A stretch of DNA of 41,849 nucleotides from Bacteroidales bacterium (GTDB lineage: Bacteria > Bacteroidota > Bacteroidia > Bacteroidales > UBA7960): NCBI GenBank assembly GCA_007123065.1, contig SKSI01000081.1, positions 1 to 41,849 on the forward strand, in the 5' to 3' direction. The notes beneath the pieces are model-generated. The model searched no databases. It saw nothing but the letters and a program-made list of their open reading frames with translations, and was not told where the DNA came from. A program made the position numbers and the translations under genes. Of the stretch, positions 24,372-34,965 are shown piece after piece (the first letter of the stretch is position 1; each line of letters opens with the position of its first letter).

Positions 24372-25172
24372 TCAGGCAATCCTCTTAATCAACCTGAGGT
24401 GATGACTGTATTTTTTTTGCTCTCGGTTATAGATACCCTGATGGTCAATATGGTCAATGCGCACCTTTCCATATGCATGGATCACCAGTTTGTTGTTAAG
24501 CAGAATACCCACGTGTGTAATTATCTCCTCTTCGTTATTAAAAAACACCAGATCACCGGGAACAGACTCCTGCAGCAAATGTACCTGTTCTCCTGCATTG
24601 GCCTGCGCAGCTGCATCACGTGGAATTAAGAAGCCGGCCATTTTAAAAACAAGCTGCACAAATCCTGAGCAGTCAAAACCATAAGCCGAGCGGCCACCCC
24701 ATATATACGGTATTGATAAAAAACTTTTTGCAAATTCCGGAATTGCATCCCTGTTTTTGATCTCCATACAAATCAATTCATCAGAAAAACAAAACTTTTT
24801 CCCTGCAACACACATTGATCCGTCATCACCGGCGTAAATACTGCTGCCCCCGCTAATTATCAGATTTTGCTTTTTATTTTGGTCAGCTGGCTGACCGGTG
24901 CGTTCTTCTGTTGCCACGGAAAAGGCAGCCTTGCTAACATGCCGTTTATCCTTCACAATCTTTTCAAACCCTTCAGCCGTTAATATAGTGAGCTGTACCT
25001 TATGTATCCATCCGGGATACTGGTCTTCCAGCGTTTCCACCTGATACCAGTCTTTTTGATGGCCAATGATCTGCATACACTCACCAAAAAGGACTTGATT
25101 TACCATTTCACTTTGATGGTTTGGCTCACGACGAAGCGGAGCAACTGCGATCAGACAAATTCCAAAATTCAT
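24372..25172 (-). CDS. C40 (NlpC/P60) family peptidase with an N-terminal SH3-like domain
   Basis: Catalytic block YIWGGRSAYGFDCSGFVQLVF and downstream HVGILL. I chose the start at MNFGICL (25172) because the longer ORF overlaps the divergent gene. Confidence 0.85.
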   Translation of the reverse strand: MNFGICLIAVAPLRREPNHQSEMVNQVLFGECMQIIGHQKDWYQVETLEDQYPGWIHKVQLTILTAEGFEKIVKDKRHVSKAAFSVATEERTGQPADQNKKQNLIISGGSSIYAGDDGSMCVAGKKFCFSDELICMEIKNRDAIPEFAKSFLSIPYIWGGRSAYGFDCSGFVQLVFKMAGFLIPRDAAAQANAGEQVHLLQESVPGDLVFFNNEEEIITHVGILLNNKLVIHAYGKVRIDHIDHQGIYNREQKKYSHHLRLIKRIA

Positions 25173-25287
25173 AATGCTACTGTTTGCTTGTTTTGTAAAA
25201 GTAGGGATTTTTTGTAAAACCGAACTGCGCCTGCGGTTTATCAGGTAAAAATTGCGTAAATTCGTATTCCCTATAAAGATAAGCGAG

Positions 25288-27366
25288 ATGAACAAGATTA
25301 TCGTTTGGCTTCAAAAAAATTTTTCCAACATCAGCAAGGGTTTGCTGGTATTGGTAAGCATATTTTTGCTGGTTCAGTTATTCCCCAGGCAGCCCGGTTT
25401 TGATTACGAATATCAGCAGGCCAGGCCCTGGCTCTACGAGGACTTGATTGCCCCCTTCAGTTTTGCCATTCTTAAAAGCAGCGAACAGATTAAAGAAGAA
25501 CGTTCGGCAGTTAAAGATGCATTTTTGCCATTTTTTAGCCGCAGACGCGAGGTAGCAGATGAGATGCTTGAGTCTTTTGAAGCAGCGTTAGTTCAAAAGT
25601 GGTCAGAACAATATCCAAACGGTGGGCGGCGCGCTCTGAAAGAACGGACACGTGATGCAGGAGTTAATATTCTGCTGCATCTGTATGACAGAGGGGTCAT
25701 CTTTCTGGAAGATGATTTTCGTGACAAACCCTCAACCTACAGGATACGCGTCGTTGAGGGCAATGTGGCACAAAGCAAACCACTTGGCGAGCTTTATACC
25801 ATCCAGCAAGCTTTTTTTTACGTGATTACTGCATTGGAGAGGCTTGAAGACACGGTTGATACGGAATTGCTCAGACCTTTGCTCGAGAGGTCATTGAATC
25901 ATAATGTTTTTTACAATGAGGAGTTATCTGAAAGAACCCTTGAGGCAGAGCTGTCAGAAATTCCACTGAGCAGGGGAATGGTGCAGGAAGGAGAGAAGAT
26001 CGTATCGAAAGGAGAACTTATCAGTCCGCAGACCTACCAGATACTCGAATCATTCAAAACGGAATACCAGCGTCAGGTCGGAGATTCAGCAATGCTGGCC
26101 TGGCTTTATTTCGGTCAGGTGATCCTTGTAAGCATCTCCATGCTCGTTTTGTTGCTGTTCCTGTATGTGTTCAGAAAGGATGTATTCTCAGATAACCGCC
26201 GCATATTGCTGATCCTGATGTCGGTACTGTTGATGGTCTTTTTTACAAGCCTGATTATTCGCAACAATGTGGACTATCTGTATCTGATCCCGGTTTGTAT
26301 TGTACCTATTATTATCCGGGCATTTTTTGACAACCGGCTTGCCCTCTATATTCACATTATCACCATTATTTTAATAGGATTCCTGATACCGCGAAGTTTT
26401 GAGTTCGTGTTTCTGCAGTTTCTGGCCGGCATCATTGCTATTTTAAGTATGGCCAGCCTACGGCGCCGATCTCAGTTATTTGTAACGGTGGTTTTGATTT
26501 TCCTTACTTATTCAGCCGTTTATTTTGGTTTATCCCTCGCGCATACCGGATCTTTCGAAAATCTTGCCTGGCTTGACTTTTTATATTTTGCCGGCGGGGC
26601 CTTCCTGACCCTGTTCGCCTACCCGCTCATTTTTCTGTTTGAACGAATGTTCGGTATGCCTACAGACTTCTCATTGCTTGAACTGGCTGACACAAATAAT
26701 ACATTATTACGTAACCTTGGGTTGCAGGCTCCCGGGACATTTCAGCACTCCCTGCAGGTTGCAAATCTCTCTGAAGAAGCGATCATTGCAATCGGAGGAA
26801 ACAGTTTGCTTACACGTACAGGTGCCCTGTATCACGATATCGGGAAAATGAAAAACCCACTTTACTTTACAGAGAATCAGAACATTGGATATAATCCGCA
26901 TGAGGAGATATCCTACAAGGAAAGTGCCCGCATCATCATCGATCACGTGATCGACGGTATCGAAATGGCCAGGAAACACCGCCTTCCCGAATATATCATA
27001 GACTTTATCCGAACCCACCACGGTACTACTACGGCCAGATATTTTTATACAATGCAGGTTAAAGAGAATCCGGACAGTGAAGTAGAAAAATCTGACTTTA
27101 TCTATCCCGGACCAAGGCCCTTTAGTAAGGAAACTGCAATAGTGATGATGGCTGATTCCGTGGAAGCTGCATCAAGAAGTCTTGGAAAACCTGATGAAAA
27201 AGCAATAAATCAGCTGGTTGATAATATTTTAGACACACAGGTACAGGAAAAACAATTTGACCACGCGGATATCACCTTCAAGGATATCACTACTGTGAAA
27301 AAGATATTTAAACGGATGCTATTGAATATCTATCACGTTCGGGTAGCTTATCCTTCACTTGGATAA
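25288..27366 (+). CDS. 7TM-receptor with intracellular HD/HDIG phosphohydrolase domain (PgpH-like)
   Basis: Extracellular N-domain, 7 TM helices, then HD motifs HSLQVANLSEEA, LYHDIGK, THHGT. Confidence 0.85.
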   Translation: MNKIIVWLQKNFSNISKGLLVLVSIFLLVQLFPRQPGFDYEYQQARPWLYEDLIAPFSFAILKSSEQIKEERSAVKDAFLPFFSRRREVADEMLESFEAALVQKWSEQYPNGGRRALKERTRDAGVNILLHLYDRGVIFLEDDFRDKPSTYRIRVVEGNVAQSKPLGELYTIQQAFFYVITALERLEDTVDTELLRPLLERSLNHNVFYNEELSERTLEAELSEIPLSRGMVQEGEKIVSKGELISPQTYQILESFKTEYQRQVGDSAMLAWLYFGQVILVSISMLVLLLFLYVFRKDVFSDNRRILLILMSVLLMVFFTSLIIRNNVDYLYLIPVCIVPIIIRAFFDNRLALYIHIITIILIGFLIPRSFEFVFLQFLAGIIAILSMASLRRRSQLFVTVVLIFLTYSAVYFGLSLAHTGSFENLAWLDFLYFAGGAFLTLFAYPLIFLFERMFGMPTDFSLLELADTNNTLLRNLGLQAPGTFQHSLQVANLSEEAIIAIGGNSLLTRTGALYHDIGKMKNPLYFTENQNIGYNPHEEISYKESARIIIDHVIDGIEMARKHRLPEYIIDFIRTHHGTTTARYFYTMQVKENPDSEVEKSDFIYPGPRPFSKETAIVMMADSVEAASRSLGKPDEKAINQLVDNILDTQVQEKQFDHADITFKDITTVKKIFKRMLLNIYHVRVAYPSLG

Positions 27367-28023
27367 AAAGGTGATTTGTTCGGCTGAATCCTTCAGGTAT
27401 GGAAGTGTATCCGGACCGGTATGGAACAGCAGGTCCAGAATGCTCAGGTTGGGAATGAACCCGTGGCGCCCCTGAAAAACCTGGTAATAACTTTCCCATC
27501 TGCTTACAACCGCTTCTTTTCTTCTGTGTGTTTTGGGTGTTAAAACGTGGCGTAAATCGATCCGGTCTTCAGGATTTTTGATGAACCCGGTAGTGAATTC
27601 TATCTTAACCGGCAGATCAATTTCTTTAATGATGCATTCGAGAAGTTCATGATTAAATTGCCAAAGGTGTTGATCCGGGCCGGTTTTGTAAAAAGGCTCA
27701 AGGAGGTCTTTGTAATAAAGGAAATAGGGTGCATTGCTATATGCGCTGCGAATGCTTTGCCAGTGTTGTTTTTGCCAGTTTTCGTGATGACTGATCAGCA
27801 CATCCTTTGTTTTGGTATGGTTTCCTGCCGGCCTGCTAACGGGTATGATCAGATTCATTGGTCCGTTTGCTGAAATAATCCGGCATCTGTTGCGCCAGCT
27901 TTGCCGCTGATATGTCTCGTGCAACTCAATAAAACACTTTTCAGAGCAACATAATACAGTCAGATACTCCACAGGCGGCAAATATGCCGTTGACAGCAAA
28001 ACTTTTTTTAACCGACTTCCCAT
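27355..28023 (-). CDS. WbqC-family protein
   Basis: LSTAYLPPVEYL..QRQSWRNRCRI..NLIIPV resembles the WbqC family. Start taken at MGSRLKK (28023), giving the usual length of about 220 aa. The 3' end overlaps the convergent HD gene by 12 bp. Confidence 0.6.
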   Translation of the reverse strand: MGSRLKKVLLSTAYLPPVEYLTVLCCSEKCFIELHETYQRQSWRNRCRIISANGPMNLIIPVSRPAGNHTKTKDVLISHHENWQKQHWQSIRSAYSNAPYFLYYKDLLEPFYKTGPDQHLWQFNHELLECIIKEIDLPVKIEFTTGFIKNPEDRIDLRHVLTPKTHRRKEAVVSRWESYYQVFQGRHGFIPNLSILDLLFHTGPDTLPYLKDSAEQITFLSK

Positions 28024-28149
28024 TCTGCAACAGAATTCATGGTTTTTAACACTGGAAATCCATAACTTTGCTATGGAAACTCTTGCGAAAATAGAAAAAA
28101 TATCCCCGTTAGCATATTTTTTGACAAACATCACAAAAACAGCATCAAA

Positions 28150-29667
28150 ATGAAAATTTTAAATGCATCACAAATCCGGGAAATTGACGCCTATACTATA
28201 GAAAATGAACCGGTTTATTCTATAGACCTGATGGAGCGTGCCGCAAAAAAATGTTTTGACTGGATCCGCCGAAACATGAGAAAGAATCAATTGGTCAGGA
28301 TATTTTGCGGTATGGGTAATAACGGAGGCGACGGCCTTGCAATTGCCCGAATGCTTGCAGGTACCGGCCGAAAAGTAATTGTTTACAAAGTGCTTCACAG
28401 CGATCGTTCATCTGAGGATTTTGCCATCAATGAAAAAAGACTGAACGGAGTCAAAAATATTCATTTTGAAAGAATTACAGAAGGAGCTGAACTGCCGGAT
28501 GTTTCAGGGGAGGATCTTGTGATTGATGCAATGCTTGGAAGTGGGTTGACGCGTCCGCTGGAAGGGTTGCTGTTGCGGGTTGTTCAGCACATCAATGCTA
28601 CCCATGCAACCGTTGTTGCCATTGATCTTCCTACCGGCCTTTTTTGTTCAGACAACCGGACTAACGATCCACACAAAATCCTCCGTGCAAACTATACGCT
28701 GAGCTTCCAGGTCCCGAAACTTGCGTTTATGTTTCCCGGCAATGAAATGTTTTTCGGGAAGTGGCTTCTCCTGGATATTGGTTTGCATGCAGATGCCATT
28801 CATGGTGCCGAAACGAAATATCACTATTTGCTGGCTTCTGATGTCAGTCCGCTTTACAGGCCGCGCAAAAAATTTGCGCACAAGGGTCATTTTGGCCATG
28901 CGTATCTGATGGCCGGCAGTTATGGGAAAGCGGGTGCTGCCGTATTGGCTGCCAGGGCCGCGATCCGTAGTGGTGCCGGATTGCTTAGCGTCCAGATCCC
29001 GGGTGCTGCATATCCGGTATTGCAGACTGCTATTCCTGAGGCAATGTGCATTCCTGATGAACATCCGCACATCGTATCAGGCGCGAACAGCACAAATGGA
29101 TACAATGCTGTGGGCGTGGGTCCGGGACTTGGCACGCATGAACAAACAGCAAGGGCTCTGAAACTTCTTATACAAAACACCGGCGTTCCAATGGTGCTGG
29201 ATGCCGATGCACTGAATATCTTATCGGAAAATCTTACCTGGTGCGGGTTTTTGCCCAAAGCCTCCATCTTTACGCCCCATCCGGGTGAGTTTGACCGGCT
29301 GGCAGGAAAAACAACAGATGATCACGACAGACTGGATAAAGCCATTGAGCTATCCCATCGTTTCCAGGTTTATATTGTTTTAAAAGGTGCTCATACGGTA
29401 ATTGTGTGTCCGGACGGACGGTGCTTTTTTAATTCAACGGGTAATCCGGGGATGGCAACCGGTGGTAGCGGAGATGTGCTCACAGGTATGATCCTTGGGT
29501 GGATGGCTCAAAATTACACCCCTTTGCATAGCTGTATTCTCGCGGTCTACCTTCACGGCCGTGCCGGCGATCTGGCAGCCAACAATAAAGGACATGAAGG
29601 GATGACAGCCGGAGATATTATAGAGATGATCCCAAAAGCGATCAAAAATCTCACAAGATACAGCTGA
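28150..29667 (+). CDS. nnr: bifunctional NAD(P)H-hydrate epimerase / ADP-dependent dehydratase
   Basis: YjeF-N motif GMGNNGGDG. C-terminal carbohydrate-kinase motif GGSGDVLTG. 505 aa. Confidence 0.92.
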   Translation: MKILNASQIREIDAYTIENEPVYSIDLMERAAKKCFDWIRRNMRKNQLVRIFCGMGNNGGDGLAIARMLAGTGRKVIVYKVLHSDRSSEDFAINEKRLNGVKNIHFERITEGAELPDVSGEDLVIDAMLGSGLTRPLEGLLLRVVQHINATHATVVAIDLPTGLFCSDNRTNDPHKILRANYTLSFQVPKLAFMFPGNEMFFGKWLLLDIGLHADAIHGAETKYHYLLASDVSPLYRPRKKFAHKGHFGHAYLMAGSYGKAGAAVLAARAAIRSGAGLLSVQIPGAAYPVLQTAIPEAMCIPDEHPHIVSGANSTNGYNAVGVGPGLGTHEQTARALKLLIQNTGVPMVLDADALNILSENLTWCGFLPKASIFTPHPGEFDRLAGKTTDDHDRLDKAIELSHRFQVYIVLKGAHTVIVCPDGRCFFNSTGNPGMATGGSGDVLTGMILGWMAQNYTPLHSCILAVYLHGRAGDLAANNKGHEGMTAGDIIEMIPKAIKNLTRYS

Positions 29668-29804
29668 TCCAGTACCGGTTTTCAACCTGTATTGCCTGAC
29701 AAATCATCTCATCAACCAATTAACCAATTAACCCTGCCTGGATTGAACATGACGGCAGATTTGTTGTTTGCCTTATGCGTTATTAACAAATTAATGATTT
29801 TACT

Positions 29805-31880
29805 ATGGCAACAAAAAAAGATAAAAAACAGCAAAGTGATATAAAAGTTTCCAAATATACAGTGGATAATGTCTCTCATGATACTTTCAAGCATTGGTAT
29901 CGCCTTATGGTGCTCGGTCGTAAACTTGACGAAAAGGCGCCAAATTATCTAAAACAGGCTTTGGGATGGTCTTATCATGCGCCATATGCCGGGCATGATG
30001 CCATTCAATTGGCCATCGGTCAGGTTTTCGACAGGAAAAAAGATCATCTCTTTCCATATTATCGTGATATGCTCACTGCCCTATCTGCAGGTATTACTGT
30101 TGAGGAGATCATTCTTAACGGTATTTCAAAAGCAACAGACATAGCAAGTGGCGGAAGGCATATGTCGAACCATTTTGCCAAGCCTGAATGGAACATACAT
30201 AATGTTAGTTCCTCAACCGGTAACCATACCCTGCATGCTGTTGGTGTAGCCCGAGCAATGAAGAGATATGGTCATAAAGGTGTGGCAATCAGCTCGCAAG
30301 GTGAATCATCTGTTTCAGAAGGCTATGTTTATGAAGCTATAAACGGTGCCAGCAACGAAAAGTTACCTGTAGTTTTTGTTTTGCAGGATAATGGATATGG
30401 TATTTCTGTCCCCAAAAAAGACCAGACGGCCAACCGTAAAGCTGCTGATAATTTCAGTGGGTTTAAAAATTTGCGGATTATCCACTGTGATGGTAAAGAT
30501 GTGCTTTCCTCAATGAATGCGATGTATGAGGCGCGTCAGCACGCTATGGAAAAAAATGAACCGGTGATCGTGCATGCCAGTGTTGTAAGAATTGGTTCCC
30601 ACTCGAACAGTGACAGGCAAGATCTGTATCGTGATGAACGTGAATTACACTGTGTCAAGGCCCACGATCCGATGTTGAAGATCCGGAAGCTTTTAAAATC
30701 CAATGGCGTTTACACGGACAGTGATTTTGAAGCTGTTGAAAAGGATACAAACAAAATTATCAAGGAAGCACACAAAAAAGCAATGTTAGCTCCTGATCCT
30801 GATCCGGAGTCAATTCATGATTATGTGATTCCCGAACCTTATAAAGCTGAAAAATACCCTGATGGCACACATCAGGAAGAAGGAGAAAAGATCAAGCTGA
30901 TCACCGCTTTAAATGAAACGCTCAAGGCAGAGTTTCGCCGCAATCAGGATACATTTATCTGGGGGCAGGATGTTGCATATAAAGAAAAAGGTGGCATTTT
31001 CAATGTTACCAAAGGGATGCAACAGGAGTTTGGTATCGAGCGGGTTTTCAATGCGCCGATTGCCGAGGATTTCATTGTGGGAACAGCCAACGGTATGAGT
31101 CGTTTTGATGAAAAAATCCGGATTGTGATCGAGGGTGCTGAATTTGCGGACTATTTCTGGCCGGCAATGGAGCAATTTGTTGAAATGACGCATGATTACT
31201 GGCGCAGTAACGGTAAATTTTCACCGAACGTGACCATTCGTCTTGCTTCCGGGGGTTACATCGGTGGCGGACTTTACCACTCGCAGACAACTGAGGGCGC
31301 GCTGACTACTTTCCCCGGAATACGCGTTGTGTATCCTTCTTTCGCTGATGATGCTGCCGGACTATTGCGAACTGCAATGCGTTCCAAAGGACCAACACTT
31401 TTCCTTGAGCCAAAGGCATTATACAATGCAAAACAAGCGGAAACCTTTGTTCCTGAAGATTTTGAAGTTCCTTTCGGAAAAGCAAGGGTTCGTCGGGAAG
31501 GTAAGGATCTGACCATCATTACTTATGGCAATACGACTCATCTGAGCCTTCAGGCAGCAGACCAAATTGCAAAAGAGACAGGAAAAGAGATTGAGGTTAT
31601 AGATATCCGCTCACTGATACCCCTGGATACTGAAAGCATCCTGCAATCGCTTAAAAAAACGGGTAAGGTGCTGGTTGTGCATGAAGATAAAGTTTTTGGC
31701 GGATTTGGTGGTGAGCTGGCTTCACAGATCACCGAATTTGGATTTGAATACCTGGATGCACCGGTAAAACGGGTGGGAAGTACTTTTACTCCCGTGGGTT
31801 TCCACAAGAATCTTGAGGCCGCAATTCTTCCTTCGGTAAAAAAGATACACGAAGTTGCGGCTTATCTGCTTGAATATTAA
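29805..31880 (+). CDS. 2-oxoacid dehydrogenase E1 component, fused alpha/beta subunits (TPP-dependent)
   Basis: The N-terminal half is E1-alpha-like (GESSVSEGYVYEAINGA, QDNGYGIS). The C-terminal half is transketolase-pyrimidine-binding, E1-beta-like (FNAPIAEDFIVG, LEPKALY). 691 aa. Confidence 0.88.
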   Translation: MATKKDKKQQSDIKVSKYTVDNVSHDTFKHWYRLMVLGRKLDEKAPNYLKQALGWSYHAPYAGHDAIQLAIGQVFDRKKDHLFPYYRDMLTALSAGITVEEIILNGISKATDIASGGRHMSNHFAKPEWNIHNVSSSTGNHTLHAVGVARAMKRYGHKGVAISSQGESSVSEGYVYEAINGASNEKLPVVFVLQDNGYGISVPKKDQTANRKAADNFSGFKNLRIIHCDGKDVLSSMNAMYEARQHAMEKNEPVIVHASVVRIGSHSNSDRQDLYRDERELHCVKAHDPMLKIRKLLKSNGVYTDSDFEAVEKDTNKIIKEAHKKAMLAPDPDPESIHDYVIPEPYKAEKYPDGTHQEEGEKIKLITALNETLKAEFRRNQDTFIWGQDVAYKEKGGIFNVTKGMQQEFGIERVFNAPIAEDFIVGTANGMSRFDEKIRIVIEGAEFADYFWPAMEQFVEMTHDYWRSNGKFSPNVTIRLASGGYIGGGLYHSQTTEGALTTFPGIRVVYPSFADDAAGLLRTAMRSKGPTLFLEPKALYNAKQAETFVPEDFEVPFGKARVRREGKDLTIITYGNTTHLSLQAADQIAKETGKEIEVIDIRSLIPLDTESILQSLKKTGKVLVVHEDKVFGGFGGELASQITEFGFEYLDAPVKRVGSTFTPVGFHKNLEAAILPSVKKIHEVAAYLLEY

Positions 31881-32010
31881 CCACAAAAGTCACAGAGGAC
31901 ACAAAGGAACCACAAAGGAAAAATATTCGTTTTCATCGTGCTTTCGTGGTGAAAAAGATAAATTACCACAAAGTCTTAGAATACATAAAGACAAACTGCA
32001 AAGTCGAAAA
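31881..32010. repeat. dispersed intergenic element, copy C (CACAAAG repeats, alternative inverted repeats)
   Basis: It starts immediately after the E1 stop. ACCACAAAG (31909-17) and ACCACAAAG (31965-73) are both complementary to CTTTCGTGGT (31941-50). The core 31944-31990 aligns with copies A and B. Confidence 0.75.
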
Positions 32011-32039
32011 GAACGTGAAGGTTTTTTAACGAATTTGCA

Positions 32040-34088
32040 TCATATGCTTGCGGCATCTACAAGTATCATAATGGACCTCGACGGTACATTCGTCATGGCT
32101 TCATGTATTTCTGAATAGCCCGGTGTGTTCACACCCAGTTCATTGACCTCATGCTTAGTGGCCACAACGCGCCATTTACCGTCAGGGAGGGTTATTTCCG
32201 TTTCCTGGGGACTTGCATTGTAGTATACCAGAATGTCTTCCCATACATCTCCGTTGGCATGATCACTGATGTGAAAGCCGACAAGCAGCTCATTGCCTGT
32301 TGGCAGGAAACGAAGATGCTCCCGGATCATTTCAGTGGTTGGCATCCGGAAGGCAGGATGGTTTTTGCGCAGTGCGATCATATCGCGGTAGAATTCAAAA
32401 ACATCATAATAATCAGCTTTGTTTGTCCAAACGAGCTGGTTGATGGAGTCGGGGAGGTTGTACGAATTGTGTTCACCAAACTTTGTACGCACAATCTCTT
32501 CCCCGGCATGAAGGAACGCAACCCCTTGTGAGGTCAGGACGATCGCATTGGCCAGTTTCTGGATATCCAGCTTGTCTTGCTTGCTGCAGTCCGGACAGGT
32601 ATAAACGATTTTGTCCCAGAGGCATGGATTGTCGTGACAAGTAACATAAGTAATGGTTTTTAATGGGTTGTCGGCATAAGGGGCATCAGAGTAATTAACC
32701 TCTTCATAATTGATTTGCGGGTGTTTTGTTGAGGCTACTACGCCAAATTTGATACTTTCTTTTAATCCTTTTCTTCCTGTCATAAAACCCGGATCTTCAT
32801 TATGCATCCAGTGGCCTCTGATGCCATCGCGGATGTCATCGCTGAAAACGGCAATACGGTCGAGTTGTGCTGCATGGGCTTTAACAGCACGTTTTTCGGG
32901 TGGCAATGGGGTTTCGGATGCAGTCCATCCTTCGCCATATAAGAAGATGTCCGGATTGATCTTGTCCATTTCCTCCCGGATAAGATTCATTGTTTCAATG
33001 TCGTGCAATCCCATCAGGTCGAAGCGGAAACCGTCAATACGGTATTCCTCTGCCCAGTATTTAAGTGATTCTATCATGAATTGACGCATCATGGCTCGCT
33101 CGGATGCTGTTTCATTGCCGCAGGCAGCGCCATCGGAATAAGTGCCGTCTGGGTTCATCCGGAAGAAATATCCGGGAGCAAGTTGTTCAAAGGGTGAGCC
33201 TCCGGCATCATACATGTGGTTATAAACGACATCCATAATTACCCGTATCCCATTTTGATGGAGTGCCTGTACCATTTTTTTAAACTCGCGGATGCGGACG
33301 CGTCCGTCAAATGGATCGGTAGCGTATGACCCCTGGGGCGCATTGTAGTTTTTGGGATCATATCCCCAGTTGAATTGTGGTTCGTCTAATCGTGTTTCGT
33401 CGATCGTGTAGAAATCATAAACTGGCAGCAGGTGTACGTGCGTTATGCCGAGCTCTTTGAGGTGATCAATACCGGTTGGAAGACCTTCCGGGCTTTTTGT
33501 TCCGGTTTCCGTAAACGCGAGATATTTTCCCCGGTTTTTGATTCCGGAGCTGGGATGTATTGAGAAATCGCGTACATGTATTTCCCATATTACCAGATCA
33601 GCGTGGCTTTGCAGGGGTGGACGTATATCTTCTTTCCAGCCATCGGGATTGGTTTTTTCAAAATCTACGATCATACCCCGGTTTCCATTAACGCCAACAG
33701 CACGTGCCTGAGGGTCGGGTACCTCTTTGCTCCAAACATCATCGATCAATGCCTGAAATGTATAGTAGACGTTCTCCCAGTCTCCTTCGAGCCGAAGAAC
33801 CCAGGTTCCATCCACGTCCTTTTGCATTGGCAGGCTATTGAGCTGCTCGCCCTCATGCCCCTGGTCATACATATGGAATAATACTTCTGTGGCTGGTGGA
33901 GACCATATCCGGATAAGGGTTTCTTCGGGGGTATAATGCACGCCGAGATCATTTCCTGAATAAACGGGATATGTTTTCCAGATTTCATGGGGTTTGGGAT
34001 CCCCTTTGCAACCAGACATCATCATCAATATAACAATAAATATTGAACCAATAATTGATTTTCTTGAATACATTGCAATGTTTTTCAT
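32040..34088 (-). CDS. pulA: type I pullulanase (GH13)
   Basis: GH13 conserved regions DVVYNHM, GFRFDLMG, YGEGW, YVTCHDN. Signal peptide or lipoprotein N-terminus (MMMSGC). 682 aa. Confidence 0.9.
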   Translation of the reverse strand: MKNIAMYSRKSIIGSIFIVILMMMSGCKGDPKPHEIWKTYPVYSGNDLGVHYTPEETLIRIWSPPATEVLFHMYDQGHEGEQLNSLPMQKDVDGTWVLRLEGDWENVYYTFQALIDDVWSKEVPDPQARAVGVNGNRGMIVDFEKTNPDGWKEDIRPPLQSHADLVIWEIHVRDFSIHPSSGIKNRGKYLAFTETGTKSPEGLPTGIDHLKELGITHVHLLPVYDFYTIDETRLDEPQFNWGYDPKNYNAPQGSYATDPFDGRVRIREFKKMVQALHQNGIRVIMDVVYNHMYDAGGSPFEQLAPGYFFRMNPDGTYSDGAACGNETASERAMMRQFMIESLKYWAEEYRIDGFRFDLMGLHDIETMNLIREEMDKINPDIFLYGEGWTASETPLPPEKRAVKAHAAQLDRIAVFSDDIRDGIRGHWMHNEDPGFMTGRKGLKESIKFGVVASTKHPQINYEEVNYSDAPYADNPLKTITYVTCHDNPCLWDKIVYTCPDCSKQDKLDIQKLANAIVLTSQGVAFLHAGEEIVRTKFGEHNSYNLPDSINQLVWTNKADYYDVFEFYRDMIALRKNHPAFRMPTTEMIREHLRFLPTGNELLVGFHISDHANGDVWEDILVYYNASPQETEITLPDGKWRVVATKHEVNELGVNTPGYSEIHEAMTNVPSRSIMILVDAASI

Positions 34089-34106
34089 AGGTTATCTTGT
34101 TTGTAA

Positions 34107-34114
34107 CAAAAGTA
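34107..34114 (-). promoter_or_regulatory. candidate -7 promoter box for pulA (TACTTTTG on the minus strand)
   Basis: The plus strand reads CAAAAGTA, 18 nt upstream of the pulA start. Confidence 0.4.
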
Positions 34115-34135
34115 GATGATTATTCAGAAATGTTA

Positions 34136-34918
34136 TCATTTTTCAGGATGTTCAGTAAAAAAATCAGCATAATTGATCACATAGCTTTTGCCAACAGGGA
34201 AGGATGGATGTCTGCCCTTTGCCAATCCTATATATCGGAACGCCGGGTTCAATATCACTTTACGATGGCTTCTGTCCATCACTTTATCATCAATTAAAAG
34301 GAAAAGCAAAGCATCATGGGCGGAAAAGTTGCCATAGGAAATATTCTCTCCTATTATGGTTTTCCAGGAACCAAACCGGCTGACCCTAATGCCTGGTCCA
34401 CCCAGACCTTCATGCCCCCTGGCTTCATTCTCGATAAGATAATTGATATATAATTCAGACGACAGCGAAAGCCCGTATGAAGGATGGAGGAGTTGCATTG
34501 GCTCGGTTCTTTTAAGTAGCCGGTAAAGTTCAGCAGCAGGCCTTGCGCCTTCCCGTGTAATCAGGATGGTTCTTAACCCGGGATAGAGGAATTCTCTGCC
34601 GCGGAAGTATGCAATGTATTCCGTTACGTAAAGCGCTGCAAATTTTTGTGGGTTATATCTTACGAGGTTATGAGCAAGGATCAGGTTCTTTTCGTCATCA
34701 TCGAGATAGTCAGCATCGGCAGCAGTATTCAACGAGTCGACGGGCCAACCGTCAGCTGATAGTCTTCGGACATACTCCTGATGGCTCAGCCCGGGAGCAC
34801 CTGCGCGCACCCTGCTCATTCCCGTTGTATCGATCTGCGATACAGGCAACAAATAGCAGGATGAGAAAAAAAAGATAAAAGGTATCAGCAGAAAAACAAA
34901 TGCAGGTATTCTTTTCAT
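34136..34918 (-). CDS. CAP/SCP (PR-1-like, YkwD-type) domain lipoprotein
   Basis: Start at MKRIPAFVFLL..FFSSC (lipobox-like). C-terminal CAP-like blocks HNLVRYNP, GENISYG, HRKVILNPAFRYIGL. Confidence 0.7.
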   Translation of the reverse strand: MKRIPAFVFLLIPFIFFFSSCYLLPVSQIDTTGMSRVRAGAPGLSHQEYVRRLSADGWPVDSLNTAADADYLDDDEKNLILAHNLVRYNPQKFAALYVTEYIAYFRGREFLYPGLRTILITREGARPAAELYRLLKRTEPMQLLHPSYGLSLSSELYINYLIENEARGHEGLGGPGIRVSRFGSWKTIIGENISYGNFSAHDALLFLLIDDKVMDRSHRKVILNPAFRYIGLAKGRHPSFPVGKSYVINYADFFTEHPEK

Positions 34919-34965
34919 TTCTTCAACTGAGATCAACACAGACTGATAAACAGCTTTTAGCGCGT

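Noticed and set aside
27355-27366. The 12-bp overlap of the convergent 3' ends of the HD-domain gene and the WbqC gene, considered as a regulatory antisense arrangement.
   Set aside because: Short convergent overlaps are common in compact genomes, and there is no associated structure or repeat.
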